Shown piece by piece: positions 22,962 to 34,961 of a stretch of 64,000 nucleotides of DNA. Made by a program: the position numbers and the translations under genes. Origin of the DNA: an uncultured Gemmatimonadaceae bacterium (GTDB taxonomy: Bacteria; Gemmatimonadota; Gemmatimonadetes; Gemmatimonadales; Gemmatimonadaceae); the NCBI GenBank assembly GCA_963790305.1, contig CAWBOC010000006.1, positions 32,001 through 96,000 of the forward strand. The letters run 5' to 3'. How positions within the stretch are numbered: position 1 is the stretch's first letter; the number at the start of each line of letters is the position of its first letter. The notes under the pieces were generated by a model. The model was not told the DNA's origin, searched no databases, and was given only the letters and a program-made list of their open reading frames with translations.

Positions 22962-23025
22962 CTAGACCTTGTGTGGAAGAGACTTAGGCAACACCTGATA
23001 ATGCGCTTTCTCAAGGTCTGATTCC

Positions 23026-25655
<2,630 letters not shown>

Positions 25656-25682
25656 ACGTCGGGTCGTCTCACCAGAGACCTC

Positions 25683-26162
25683 GTGGTGAGCGTCCACGAG
25701 CCGATCATGCGGGAAGCGCTCGCCGCCGCCCGTGACGCCGCGCGCCACAGGGATGTGCCTGTCGGCGCGCTCGTTATGTCCGGGGCCGACGTCATCGCGG
25801 TCGCGAGCAACCGCACCCTTCGCGATCAGGATCCCACCGCGCACGCCGAGGTCCTGGCGTTGCGCGAAGCGGCCCGCATGCGGGGCTCCTGGCGACTCGA
25901 TGACTGCACGCTGTACGTGACCCTCGAGCCCTGCGCAATGTGCGCCGGAGCGATCGTGTTGTCGCGCGTCCGCATGCTCGTGTTTGGGGCATGGGATGAG
26001 AAAGCGGGGATGGCCGGGTCAGTCGGCGACATTGTGCGGCACCCGCGCTTGAACCATCGGCCGGAAGTCGTGGCGGGAGTCCTGGCCGAGGAATGTGGCG
26101 CGGTGCTGAAAGACTTCTTTGAGGGAAGGCGAGGCGATTACGGATTGCCGACTGCGGAGTGA
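25683..26162 (+). CDS. tadA: tRNA adenosine(34) deaminase
   Basis: DVPVGA, DPTAHAE, TLEPCAMC. Confidence 0.92.
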   Translation: MVSVHEPIMREALAAARDAARHRDVPVGALVMSGADVIAVASNRTLRDQDPTAHAEVLALREAARMRGSWRLDDCTLYVTLEPCAMCAGAIVLSRVRMLVFGAWDEKAGMAGSVGDIVRHPRLNHRPEVVAGVLAEECGAVLKDFFEGRRGDYGLPTAE

Positions 26163-26237
26163 TTGCAGGCGGAATCCGCAGGCGCTACTGGTTCTTCGTT
26201 GACTCTCCCTCTACGTCGAATGATATTTGATGCCGTT

Positions 26238-26325
26238 GGACAGGTGGCCGAGAGGCTGAAGGCGCCGGTCTCGAAAACCGGTATACGGTAACCCCGTATC
26301 GTGAGTTCGAATCTCACCCTGTCCG
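26238..26325 (+). tRNA. tRNA-Ser(CGA)
   Basis: Acceptor GGACAGG/CCTGTCC, anticodon arm CCGGT-CTCGAAA-ACCGG, long variable arm, GTTCGAATC; CCA not encoded. Confidence 0.95.
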
Positions 26326-26326
26326 T

Positions 26327-26389
26327 GAATCCGAATGCGGAATACGGGATGCGGAGGGTGTTCCGCAATCTGGTTCCGCATTCCGCATT
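26327..26389. repeat. Inverted heptamer tandem repeats in the tRNA spacer
   Basis: GAATGCG GAATACG GGATGCG ... TTCCGCA TTCCGCA TT. Confidence 0.7.
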
Positions 26390-26397
26390 GTTGTCGA

Positions 26398-26484
26398 GGA
26401 TGGGTGGCCGAGTGGCTTAAGGCGCACGCCTGGAAAGCGTGTGGACGGGCAACCGTCTCGCGAGTTCGAATCTCGCCCCATCCG
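26398..26484 (+). tRNA. tRNA-Ser(GGA)
   Basis: Acceptor GGATGGG/CCCATCC, anticodon arm CACGC-CTGGAAA-GCGTG, long variable arm; CCA not encoded. Confidence 0.95.
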
Positions 26485-26487
26485 TTG

Positions 26488-26522
26488 GCCCCGCGACGAG
26501 GGTTAGCCTCGCGCGGGGCTTT
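26488..26522. terminator. Hairpin after the tRNAs, overlapping the convergent kinase stop
   Basis: GCCCCGCG.CGAGG...CCTCGCGCGGGGC followed by TTT. Confidence 0.55.
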
Positions 26523-27450
26523 CCGCTAATGCTCGCGGGAGCCGCAGCGTAAAGGTGCTTCCCTGGCCGCGCGTGCTCTCGACGGTGAGGTCACCTTGCA
26601 TGACGCGCGCGAGCTCGCGACTGATCGCCAACCCGAGTCCCGTCCCGCGTCCTCGCGGCTGCGACGGTTCGAGCTGAACGAACGGGTCGAATACGGCGTC
26701 CAGCTTTCCCGCGGGGATGCCAACGCCCGTGTCCTGCACCAGCAGCGACACCGCGTCTGACGCGGACGCGGCGATCACCCGCACGACGCCGCCAGCGGGC
26801 GTGAACTTCACCGCGTTCGACAGAAGGTTCAGCATGATCTGCTCGACGCGCTCGCGATCCGCCTGAAAGGCGAGGGCGGGGTCATCCAGCACCGTCTCCA
26901 GTATCAGATGACTCGCCCGGGCCTGCGGCTCGATCATCGAATGCACCGTCTCGATGACGCTTTGCACGGGGACCGCCGACACCTTCAGCACGAATTGCCC
27001 CGATTCGATCTTGGCGAGATCGAGCAGCTCGTTCACCAGTCGCAGAATGTGGTTCTGACTGTGCCGAATCCGCTCGATGTATTCGCGCTGGCCCTCGGTG
27101 AGCGGCCCCCGGATCTCCTCATCGAGCAACGCGGCGTATCCGCCGATGGCGCCAAGGGGAGTGCGGAGCTCGTGGCTGATGACGTTGAGGAACCGACCCT
27201 TCGCGTCATTGGCGGCCTGAGCGGCGCGGCGGGCCGCGTCCGCTTCGGCCCGCGCTCGGTCACGCTCCTGCAGCAGTGCTTCTGCACGTTCCAGCGACTC
27301 GGCGAGCGCGGCGGTCTTCGCTTCCAACGCCTCGCGAATGCGAATCAGCTCCTGCTCCGCGCGTTGACGCGCGAGGAAGATGCTCGTCGCGTTCTGGAGA
27401 GCGACTGCCTGGAGCAGTTTCTCTTCGTCGCTCTCCTCGCGGTCGGTCAT
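26503..27450 (-). CDS. Cytoplasmic histidine kinase without a recognisable sensor domain
   Basis: H-box SHELRTPL, N-box NLLSNAVKFT, DTGVGI, GTGLGLAIS; N-terminus is only a helix/coiled coil; ATGA overlap with the upstream gene. Confidence 0.92.
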   Translation of the reverse strand: MTDREESDEEKLLQAVALQNATSIFLARQRAEQELIRIREALEAKTAALAESLERAEALLQERDRARAEADAARRAAQAANDAKGRFLNVISHELRTPLGAIGGYAALLDEEIRGPLTEGQREYIERIRHSQNHILRLVNELLDLAKIESGQFVLKVSAVPVQSVIETVHSMIEPQARASHLILETVLDDPALAFQADRERVEQIMLNLLSNAVKFTPAGGVVRVIAASASDAVSLLVQDTGVGIPAGKLDAVFDPFVQLEPSQPRGRGTGLGLAISRELARVMQGDLTVESTRGQGSTFTLRLPRALAESPARG

Positions 27451-28516
27451 GCTCGTCCATTGAGGAGCTCGGCGGCGAGCGCCGTGCCGCGCACGCGGGC
27501 CTCGATCTTCGCGAATGCCGTCTCGCGAGTCGTCAATGTGTCGTCGCTGAACGGCGCGAAGCCGCAATCGTCCGTCGTGCCGAGTTGATCGAGGGGGATG
27601 TATTCAGCAGCCTCGAGCACGCGATCCCGCACTTCCTCTGCCGTATCGACACGTGGGTCGATCGGGGACACCACCCCGACGAAAATCTGACGGCCCGGTT
27701 TCATGTGACGGCGAATGATCTTCAGCACACGCACGCGATCGCGTCTCACCAGCCAGCGACATGCAGAAGTACCCGACGTTGAGCTCGAAGAGCCGCGGGA
27801 GCAGCGCGGCGTAGTCGACATCTGCGCTGTGCGTCGAGTCGCGGTCACCCCCGGGACAGGTATGCACACCGATGCGTGTGCGATCCTCGGCGGAGAACCG
27901 CGACAGCGCAAGATTGTTGAGGTCGATGAAGCTATTCAGCAACTGGCCAGTGGGATCGATCTTCATCGCCAGGCGCGCTTCGGTGAAATCGATCTGCACC
28001 TTGAAGGCGCCTTTCTGGAGACAGCGACGGATCTCCTTCTCGTGCTCGCCTAACAGGTCGTCGATGAACTGATCGCGCGAATAGCCGGGAATCTCGCTCG
28101 CCGGATACATGAGGCTGAGCGCCGACGGGGAGATGACCGCCTGCTTCAGCGGCCGCTGGGCGTAGCGGAGGGCGACGTCGAGGTAGCTGTCCGCATACCG
28201 CTTGATAGCGAAACGGACCACGCGTCAGGCGCGGCATCCGTCGTGTATGGCCCGCCACGAACGGGATGCGAAAGCCGTCGGGCGCGGTGTTCGACGACCC
28301 GTGGACGGAATACGTCCAGAAGTTCTCGTATTTGCGCTGTTCGCCGTCGGTGATGACCGGAGATCCGGTGGCCTCGAAGCGCTCGATCGTATCCCGGACC
28401 GCTTCCTCGTACTGGGGATCGTCATCCGGGTCGACGATGTGGCCTGCGGCAACCGCCTCGATCAACTCGACCGGTCTTGGAATACTGCCAATCGGCTCAG
28501 TCGGGATGGTGTTCAT
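27447..28516 (-). CDS. Cobalamin-independent methionine synthase II (MetE C-terminal-like) family protein (frameshifts near 28205 and 27742)
   Basis: TEPIGSIPRP, ITDGEQRK, VQIDFTE, GVHTCPG, GVVSPIDPRVDTAEEV, TDDCGF. Confidence 0.85.
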
Positions 28517-28774
28517 CGCTGCTGGCGCGTGCCAGTGGTAGTCACCGCTCGCCGGAAAGAACGCTGAGTGCGCGAGGAACTGCCAGACCCTGTGGGTTGG
28601 CACCTTCCGACCACCACCCAGTGGTAACCCCTCGCGGGCCGGATTCACCTGCGGTCAAGGCGCGTGCAAGGGAGAGCGGTGCCTGGGATCTGCTGAATGC
28701 GTCAATCGCGAGGAAGCTCGCGAGTCAATATGCCTCCGCGCTTGGTAGAAACGCTAGTTCCGCCCAACGCGAGT

Positions 28775-28801
28775 CGGGGTGTGGGTCACGCCCACACCCC
28801 G
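28775..28801 (-). terminator. Hairpin downstream of the pilin cluster
   Basis: CGGGGTGTGGG-TCACG-CCCACACCCCG. Confidence 0.6.
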
Positions 28802-28812
28802 CCGTCGATTGC

Positions 28813-29986
28813 TCAGTACAGCTCGACCCAGGAGCGATCGCGTATCGCGACCGGCGTACGCGGTGCCGCGCAACGCCGACATGCAGCGCGCAGCTGGAAT
28901 AGCGGAACGTCGCGTTCCCCGAGACGGTGTTGTTCGACGTCATCGCGCCGCCGACCGCTACGTTTGCGGCCAGCACGGTTCCGTTGAAGTGACCGCCGGT
29001 CCCCGCCGTTCTCAGCTCTCCGCGAACGATGATCAAGCCCGTAGAACTGGAATCCGCCCTGCAACCTCGAGCGAGCCGTTGACCAGGAGAATTCCCTGTC
29101 CGCGGTCGCCGTTGATCTTGAGATCGCCGGGGGCGTAGATGATCGGGTAGTAGTTCTCGCACGCGTCCCGGCGTGCCGACGGCCACCTTGTTTGGCTCAC
29201 CCCAGTTCAGTGAGGTTCCCGATGTCACACGCGCCGCTCGCGTAGCGGGGGCCGACCCCGGTGTGCGGCCCAGGGCCCATGATCTTGGTCGCCATCGCCA
29301 CGAGGTCGTTCCACTGGTAGTCGCCGTAGCTGAAGTACGTGCTCGTGTCGGCCATCTCGCGTGCCGATCACGCCTGCGGCGTGCCCTGCACGCACAGGTA
29401 GTCCTTGCAGGTACCACCGAGCGAGACGTGCGACCAGTCAGGGATCGCCAGGCCGGGCACGCCGGTACCCGCCGCGGGTGTCGGGCAGTCCCAACCCGGG
29501 AACAGCGTGTCGCGGCCGATCATGGTCGCGGTGCCGCCCGACTTTGGTGTGCCCGCGAGCGGTGAGCGCGCCGTTGATCTCCACGTTAGGGATGCTGAGC
29601 TTGAGCAGGCTGGCGACGCGGCGCCGTGATCCCGAGGCCAGCCCGGTTCCGGACGACGCTTCGGACGAAATGAGAAAGATGTTGTCGTTCAGCCTCGTGA
29701 CGCGGACGGTGGCCGCGGCGCTGCCGGCATCGTACGTCCGGATGAGCGTATCGCCGCGATTCAGGGAGTTGTTCCACGCATTGTTCCAGTTCGCGCGGAT
29801 CGCACTATTGCCGTATTCGGCCGCCTCGAACGCGCGTGTCTGCTGGATGGCGTCGCGCCCGGTGCGGAACTCGGTCGTCGACGCCACGAATGCGCCGGCG
29901 ACGAGCGCGCCGACGAGAGCAATGGCCCCGACGGCGGTGGCCAGCGCAAAGCCGCGACGGTTGTCGGAAATCCAGCGGGTCAACAT
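28813..29986 (-). CDS. PilX-like minor pilin with large C-terminal domain (several frameshifts)
   Basis: NRRG/FALATAVGAIALVGAL class III signal lacking Glu5; QAFEAAEYG-like motif; GGFQFYGLIIVRG, NGTVLA, YSSCA, RSWVELY recoverable across frames. Confidence 0.75.
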
Positions 29987-29996
29987 AGGAGCTCCA

Positions 29997-30909
29997 TTAC
30001 CTCGGATTACGTACGGAGATGGACACACGAAGCGAATCAGCCAGCGCGCCGGAGCGGATCCGCGACCGTTCGCCGGCCGGCGGACCATCCGTGCGCAACA
30101 CCAGCTCAATGAATGCGACGTTCGTCCGGGTCGCGGTGATCGGCTCCTAACGAGTCGCGAAAGGTAAAGCCAATGCCCTGGCCACTCGGCGCCCGCACGG
30201 GCCCTGCCACGACATCCAGCGTACCGCATCCAGCTTTGCACTCGGTATATCCCAGATACCACCGGCCATCGGCCCCGGTGGCCAGCGCATAACGGGCCGG
30301 ACGGAAGAACCGGATCGGCGCGCCGACGAGCGTGGTCACCGGGATCGCCGGGGTCACCGTCAACCGCATACCCGCGGCGGCTTCGCCCGCAGTGCGGGTG
30401 AATCCGGTCGAGGTCGGACACGACTGCGCCGATGCAGGAGCTGCGGACAGACGGTAGGCGCGCCACGTGTCATCGTTTCGCGCCGCTGTGGCACCCTCGT
30501 CGAAGATGAAGAGGGAATCACCAGTCGTCGGTACGTCGCGCCAGGACGTCAGGGGCACTCCCGTCGCCAGCTGTACCGGGGGGATCGTCACGGAGCCACC
30601 ACCCGCCGCGACCGCGCAGACGACCGTGGAGCCCGTCGTGACGCGCAGGTCGACGGACGAGGCGTTCATGGCATAGATGTCCCCGGACCCCGTTCCCAGG
30701 GCGCGTAGCTCACTCGGCAGCAAATCACTGATCTGGCGGAGGCTGCGCTGCGAGGCGACCACGCGTGATGCGCCAGCTTGAAATCGCGTCTGCTCCGCGA
30801 TCGCGCTGGTGACGCCAGCCATGACCAGGCCGAAGATCGTGAGCGCGATCATGAGCTCGATGATCGACGCTCCGCGACGACGCGTCGAGGAGGGATTCCT
30901 GGTCAGCAT
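29997..30909 (-). CDS. PilW-like prepilin (frameshift near 30142)
   Basis: RRRG/ASIIELMIALTIFGLVM; shifted C-terminus ends ...SLRVSISVRNPR-stop. Confidence 0.8.
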
Positions 30910-31244
30910 GGGCGCACCGAGCGAAAAGTCTGCGTACGGGGCCCGCGACGCGTCTGATACGTTACGCGCGCGGTAAGGAACGCCGACGTGCGAATCGAAT
31001 CCACCTGCCACGACTCGGTGACGCCGCGAGTGTAGCTGCTACCGCCAACGAGGGTCGCGCATCCGCCGCGACGCAACATCTCGAATCGCGATTGCGCGAC
31101 CGACGCCGCGAGCGTGGAACGCCCGCCGGCCCCGATCATTTGTGTGGCGACGGCGCTGCTGGCGGCGAGCCCGAGGAGTGCGACCGTCAGGATCATGATC
31201 GCGACCATGAGCTCGATGAGGCTGAACCCCTTGCGCGCGGTCAT
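30903..31244 (-). CDS. PilV-like prepilin
   Basis: RKG/FSLIELMVAIMILTVALLGL; ASVAQSRFEMLR. Confidence 0.85.
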   Translation of the reverse strand: MTARKGFSLIELMVAIMILTVALLGLAASSAVATQMIGAGGRSTLAASVAQSRFEMLRRGGCATLVGGSSYTRGVTESWQVDSIRTSAFLTARVTYQTRRGPRTQTFRSVRPC

Positions 31245-31693
31245 GAGATGCATCCTCCAAGGCGAACGTTTCCATACCGCGAGATGCACAGCTTCGAGTA
31301 CGAGGTACCGTGATACGTGCTGACTTCGACGTGACCGGTGAGCCCGGAGGCGAAACCGCGCGTATCGAAGCGGATCTCAGGCTTGGCGGACGCCAGCGTC
31401 GCGCCGTATTCTGTCGTGAGGCTGAGCGGCGGAAGTATTTCCTGCTCCACGCCGTTGATCGTGCCGAACGCCAGAATTGTCGTCGACGACAGCACGACAC
31501 GAGTCGCGATGCGCCGGCGCGACGCGATGTCGCGCGCGCGGGCGAGCTGCGACACCACCGCCTGCGACGCACTGCGGGCGCTGGCGCGCGTTCGCGCCTG
31601 GAGGAGCCGGGGCGCGGCATACCCGCCCATGACCCCCATCAGCACGACTACGATTGCGACCTCGAGCAGCGTGAATCCGCGCCGGGTACCCAT
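31241..31693 (-). CDS. FimT/FimU (GspH)-like prepilin
   Basis: RRG/FTLLEVAIVVVLMG, LARARDIA, IRFDTRG, C-terminal Cys pair. Confidence 0.85.
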   Translation of the reverse strand: MGTRRGFTLLEVAIVVVLMGVMGGYAAPRLLQARTRASARSASQAVVSQLARARDIASRRRIATRVVLSSTTILAFGTINGVEQEILPPLSLTTEYGATLASAKPEIRFDTRGFASGLTGHVEVSTYHGTSYSKLCISRYGNVRLGGCIS

Positions 31694-31747
31694 TCGCGTT
31701 ACTCCCCTCATGATGAGATGCGTACGGAATTGCGGGTCCTACTATAG

Positions 31748-31762
31748 GCGCGTTGCGTGCCG
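31748..31762 (-). promoter_or_regulatory. Possible sigma54 promoter for the pilin operon
   Basis: Minus strand CGGCACGCAACGCGC (GG-N10-GC, GGCACG at -24; TT of the -12 box absent). Confidence 0.35.
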
Positions 31763-31987
31763 CTCATGAAAACCCGCTAATTTTCGAACACAGCCTGGCA
31801 ACTCTCATTGACACAGCAGGTTGCGTCGCTGGTCGCACGTCACATGTATTGTGTGCACGTGTTCGCGGGCGGTTCGACCGGTCGCGGTGACCGAAGCGCC
31901 CGCCAAGAGTTCCGAAGGCGGCCGGCGGAGTAACGAGACCGCGCGCCACGTGATAGTCGCGCGCCGGTGAGTCGCCGTCAGATGCGC

Positions 31988-32025
31988 CGAACCCCGCACG
32001 AGCAGGAACGCTTGTGCGGGGTTCG
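31988..32025 (-). terminator. Strong hairpin downstream of the OmpA gene
   Basis: CGAACCCCGCACGAGC-AGGAAC-GCTTGTGCGGGGTTCG. Confidence 0.65.
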
Positions 32026-32054
32026 CGTACTGCCTTACGAGTGATACGACTGAA

Positions 32055-32975
32055 TCAGCGTGGCGGTGTTGCGGCGGTGTCCGCTCGCACTGCGTCGGCA
32101 ACCGTCCCGGCGCCGACGATCACGATCTCGACTCGCCGATTCTGCTGCCGACCGGCAGCGTTGTCATTGCTGGCGACGGGACGGCCTTCGCCGAAGCCTT
32201 CAGCGCTGATCCGCCCAGCTTCCACGCCTCCGGCGACCAGGGCAGTGCGCACCGAGTTCGCGCGGTCACGCGAGAGCTGGAGGTTGAACTCGTCGCCCCC
32301 CGTGGCGTCGGTGTGGCCTTCCACGAGAATCTGGTGCTGCGGGTACTGGGTGAGGACGACGGCGATTCGCTGGATACTCGCCTGTGCGCCTGACTTGAGT
32401 GTGCTCTTCCCAACATCGAACAGAATGTCGCTCAGGCTGATGACCAGACCACGCTGCGTTTCCTGAAGGTTGGTGATCTCGGCCACCAGGGAGCGCAACT
32501 GCCCCACCGCCTCGTTCAGCCGGCGGTTCGCCTCTTCCGCCGCTTGCCGTAACGAGTCGTTGCGCTGACGGAGCGCTTCCGTTTCCTGCTCCGAGAGCTG
32601 CCGCTTCGTCTCGAGGTCGGCGCGCTGTGCCTCGCTCAACGTGAGCAACCGCTGCAAACGCGCCGTGCGCAGGCTGTCCGAGACGCGCTCGGCGAGCTGG
32701 CGCGCATTGTTCGCTTCCGCCGTCTGCGCGAGTCGGAGTGCGATGTGGCCAAGGGCGTCGATGTCGCTCTGGTGCTTGTGCGTGGTGAACGCGGCCTCGG
32801 CCTCGGCGATGGCGGTGTTCGTCCGCAGCATGTCGGCCTCGACTCGGCGGTCGGCGCCCGAGGAGACGAGCCCCTGGTGGATGGCGCGGGCCTGAGCCAG
32901 CTCACCCGAGGGTCGGGCCGTCGCGCAGGCCGCGACCATCAGCACGGCCGCGAGCTTCAGGAAACGCGCGGTCAT
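32055..32975 (-). CDS. OmpA-family peptidoglycan-binding lipoprotein with N-terminal coiled coil (DUF4398-like)
   Basis: Lipobox VAAC; ILFDVGKSTL, VEGHTDATG, NLQLSRDRA, NRRVEI. Confidence 0.92.
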   Translation of the reverse strand: MTARFLKLAAVLMVAACATARPSGELAQARAIHQGLVSSGADRRVEADMLRTNTAIAEAEAAFTTHKHQSDIDALGHIALRLAQTAEANNARQLAERVSDSLRTARLQRLLTLSEAQRADLETKRQLSEQETEALRQRNDSLRQAAEEANRRLNEAVGQLRSLVAEITNLQETQRGLVISLSDILFDVGKSTLKSGAQASIQRIAVVLTQYPQHQILVEGHTDATGGDEFNLQLSRDRANSVRTALVAGGVEAGRISAEGFGEGRPVASNDNAAGRQQNRRVEIVIVGAGTVADAVRADTAATPPR

Positions 32976-33334
32976 CGCGCACCTCCCGGCGGGAGCGCCG
33001 CGAGCGCGGCACGCGCCCTCGTCTCTTCCCGCTGTGCCAGGTCCCGCTCAGCCGCGGCACGTGCATAACGAGCCTCGGCCTGGGCGCGAAGCGCCTCGAC
33101 CTGCGCCCGACCGCGCTCGCCTCGCTGCTCGAAACCGCGTGCGGCCTCGAGTGCCTGGCGCGCGGCCGTGATCGGCTCCGACGCCAACGAGTCCGCGCCC
33201 GCTTGCTGGGCGTCGGCGATCAGCCGCGCCGCCTCGGCGATGGTTGGCGTCGGGTTGACGTCGTTCATGTATGCCCGGCCGGGTGTGCACGCGACGAGCA
33301 ACAGCGCCCCGACCGTCAATACGGTATGTCGCAT
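32972..33334 (-). CDS. DUF4398-like helical lipoprotein
   Basis: Lipobox LVAC; Ala-rich helices; overlaps the OmpA gene start. Confidence 0.7.
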   Translation of the reverse strand: MRHTVLTVGALLLVACTPGRAYMNDVNPTPTIAEAARLIADAQQAGADSLASEPITAARQALEAARGFEQRGERGRAQVEALRAQAEARYARAAAERDLAQREETRARAALAALPPGGAR

Positions 33335-33450
33335 GGACGGCTCCTTCCGAGTGGAGTCGGGGAACCGTGCTGCAAAGGATGGGCCGAGAAGGATCGCCCG
33401 TCGGCATCCCCCTTCTATCAAACGGGCGTCGCGGGCATATTCCTCCACCG

Positions 33451-34002
33451 ATGCCTTCCAAGAATTCTGTCGTGCTCGATGCGCGCGCGGTCGACCGCGC
33501 CCTCAAGCGCATGGCCGACGAGATCGTCGAGCTCCACAACGGTACCGAGGATCTCATCCTCGTCGGCATTCAGCGGCGCGGGGTGCAGTTGGCCACGCGC
33601 ATCGTCGAGGCGATTCGCGAGCGCGAGAACGTCGAGGTACCGCGTGGCGCGCTCGACATCACGCTGTATCGGGACGATCTGCAGACCGTGGGCCCGCGAC
33701 CGGTCGTTGGCCCCACCGATCTCCCGTGGAACCTCGAAGGAAAGCACGTCGTGATCATCGATGACGTGCTCTACACGGGCCGCACCGTACGCGCCGCGCT
33801 CGACGAGCTCGCGGACTTTGGACGGCCCGCGCGCATCGCGCTGGCGGTCCTCGTCGACCGAGGTGGCCGTGAGCTTCCCATTCACGCCGACATCGTGGGG
33901 AAGAAGATCGAGGTCGCGCCCACCGACCGGGTCGACGTGCTCGTCGACGAGCTCGATGGCAAGGACGCCGTCGTCGTCGTGCCCCGAGACGAGGGCGCAT
34001 GA
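33451..34002 (+). CDS. pyrR: Bifunctional pyr regulator / uracil phosphoribosyltransferase
   Basis: [34 protein letters not shown]. Confidence 0.95.
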   Translation: MPSKNSVVLDARAVDRALKRMADEIVELHNGTEDLILVGIQRRGVQLATRIVEAIRERENVEVPRGALDITLYRDDLQTVGPRPVVGPTDLPWNLEGKHVVIIDDVLYTGRTVRAALDELADFGRPARIALAVLVDRGGRELPIHADIVGKKIEVAPTDRVDVLVDELDGKDAVVVVPRDEGA

Positions 34003-34961
34003 CGAGAACGCTCGGCAAGGACCTGCTCGGGCTCGAGCCCCTCTCGACGGAGCAGATTCGATTGATCCTCGATACCGCCGAGCCGTTCAAGGAAGTCAGC
34101 GAGCGCCAGATCAAGAAGGTCCCCGCGTTGCGCGGGATGATGATCGCCAACCTCTTCTTCGAGGCGTCGACACGGACGCGCATCTCGTTCGAGTTCGCGG
34201 AGAAGCGCCTGTCGGCCGACACCGTGAACGTCGGCTCATCGGGGTCGAGCGTGCAGAAAGGGGAGACCCTCGTCGACACCGCGCGCAACCTCGAGGCGAT
34301 GCGGATCAACATGGTCGTCATCCGCCACTCGGCGTCCGGGGCCGCGCACTTCCTGGCCGACCGCATCCAGTCGAACGTCATCAATGCCGGTGACGGCACG
34401 CACGAGCATCCCACGCAGGGGCTCCTCGATCTCCTCACGCTGCGCGATCACTTCCGCACCCTCGAGGGGCGTCGCGTGTGCATCGTCGGCGATGTGCTGC
34501 ACTCGCGCGTCGCCCGCTCGAACATTTGGGGACTCACGAAAATGGGGGTCGAGGTCGCGGTATGCGGGCCTCGCTCACTCCTTCCCAAGGACGTCGGCGA
34601 ATTCGGCGTGAAGGTCTTCAAGCGCATCGAGGAGGCCATCGAATGGGCGGAAGCCCTCAACGTGTTGCGGCTTCAGCTGGAGCGGATGGAGGCGGGATAC
34701 ATCCCCTCGCTGCGCGAGTACAACCGCGTCTTCGGCGTGACACGCGAGCGGCTCGAGCACGCCGGTCACGAGGTGCTCATCATGCATCCCGGGCCGATGA
34801 ATCGCGGCGTCGAAATCGATTCCGATGTCGCTGACGGCGCGCAGAGCGTGATTCTCGACCAGGTGACGAACGGTGTCGCGGTGCGCATGGCCGTGCTCTA
34901 CCTGCTCGCCGGCGGACGTCCCGAGCTGGCGGACGCCGCGAAAGGAGGGAGCGAGCGGTGA
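33999..34961 (+). CDS. pyrB: Aspartate carbamoyltransferase catalytic subunit
   Basis: [29 protein letters not shown]. Confidence 0.97.
   Translation: MTRTLGKDLLGLEPLSTEQIRLILDTAEPFKEVSERQIKKVPALRGMMIANLFFEASTRTRISFEFAEKRLSADTVNVGSSGSSVQKGETLVDTARNLEAMRINMVVIRHSASGAAHFLADRIQSNVINAGDGTHEHPTQGLLDLLTLRDHFRTLEGRRVCIVGDVLHSRVARSNIWGLTKMGVEVAVCGPRSLLPKDVGEFGVKVFKRIEEAIEWAEALNVLRLQLERMEAGYIPSLREYNRVFGVTRERLEHAGHEVLIMHPGPMNRGVEIDSDVADGAQSVILDQVTNGVAVRMAVLYLLAGGRPELADAAKGGSER

Noticed and set aside
26238..26484. tRNA-Sec (because selB is nearby)
   Set aside because: Anticodons are CGA and GGA with 7-bp acceptor stems, so both are ordinary tRNA-Ser.
28517..28760. Possible SAM riboswitch upstream of the MetE-like gene (minus strand AAGGTGCCAACC)
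   Set aside because: Only one fragment resembles SAM-I. The ATC..GAG, GCAACC and closing GAT elements are not found; an Infernal search would settle it.
26460..33450. Prophage/ICE integrated at tRNA-Ser
   Set aside because: No integrase, phage genes or att duplication seen by eye.
33335..33450. PyrR attenuator leader
   Set aside because: No recognisable PyrR-binding loop or terminator/antiterminator with U-tract in this short divergent intergenic region.
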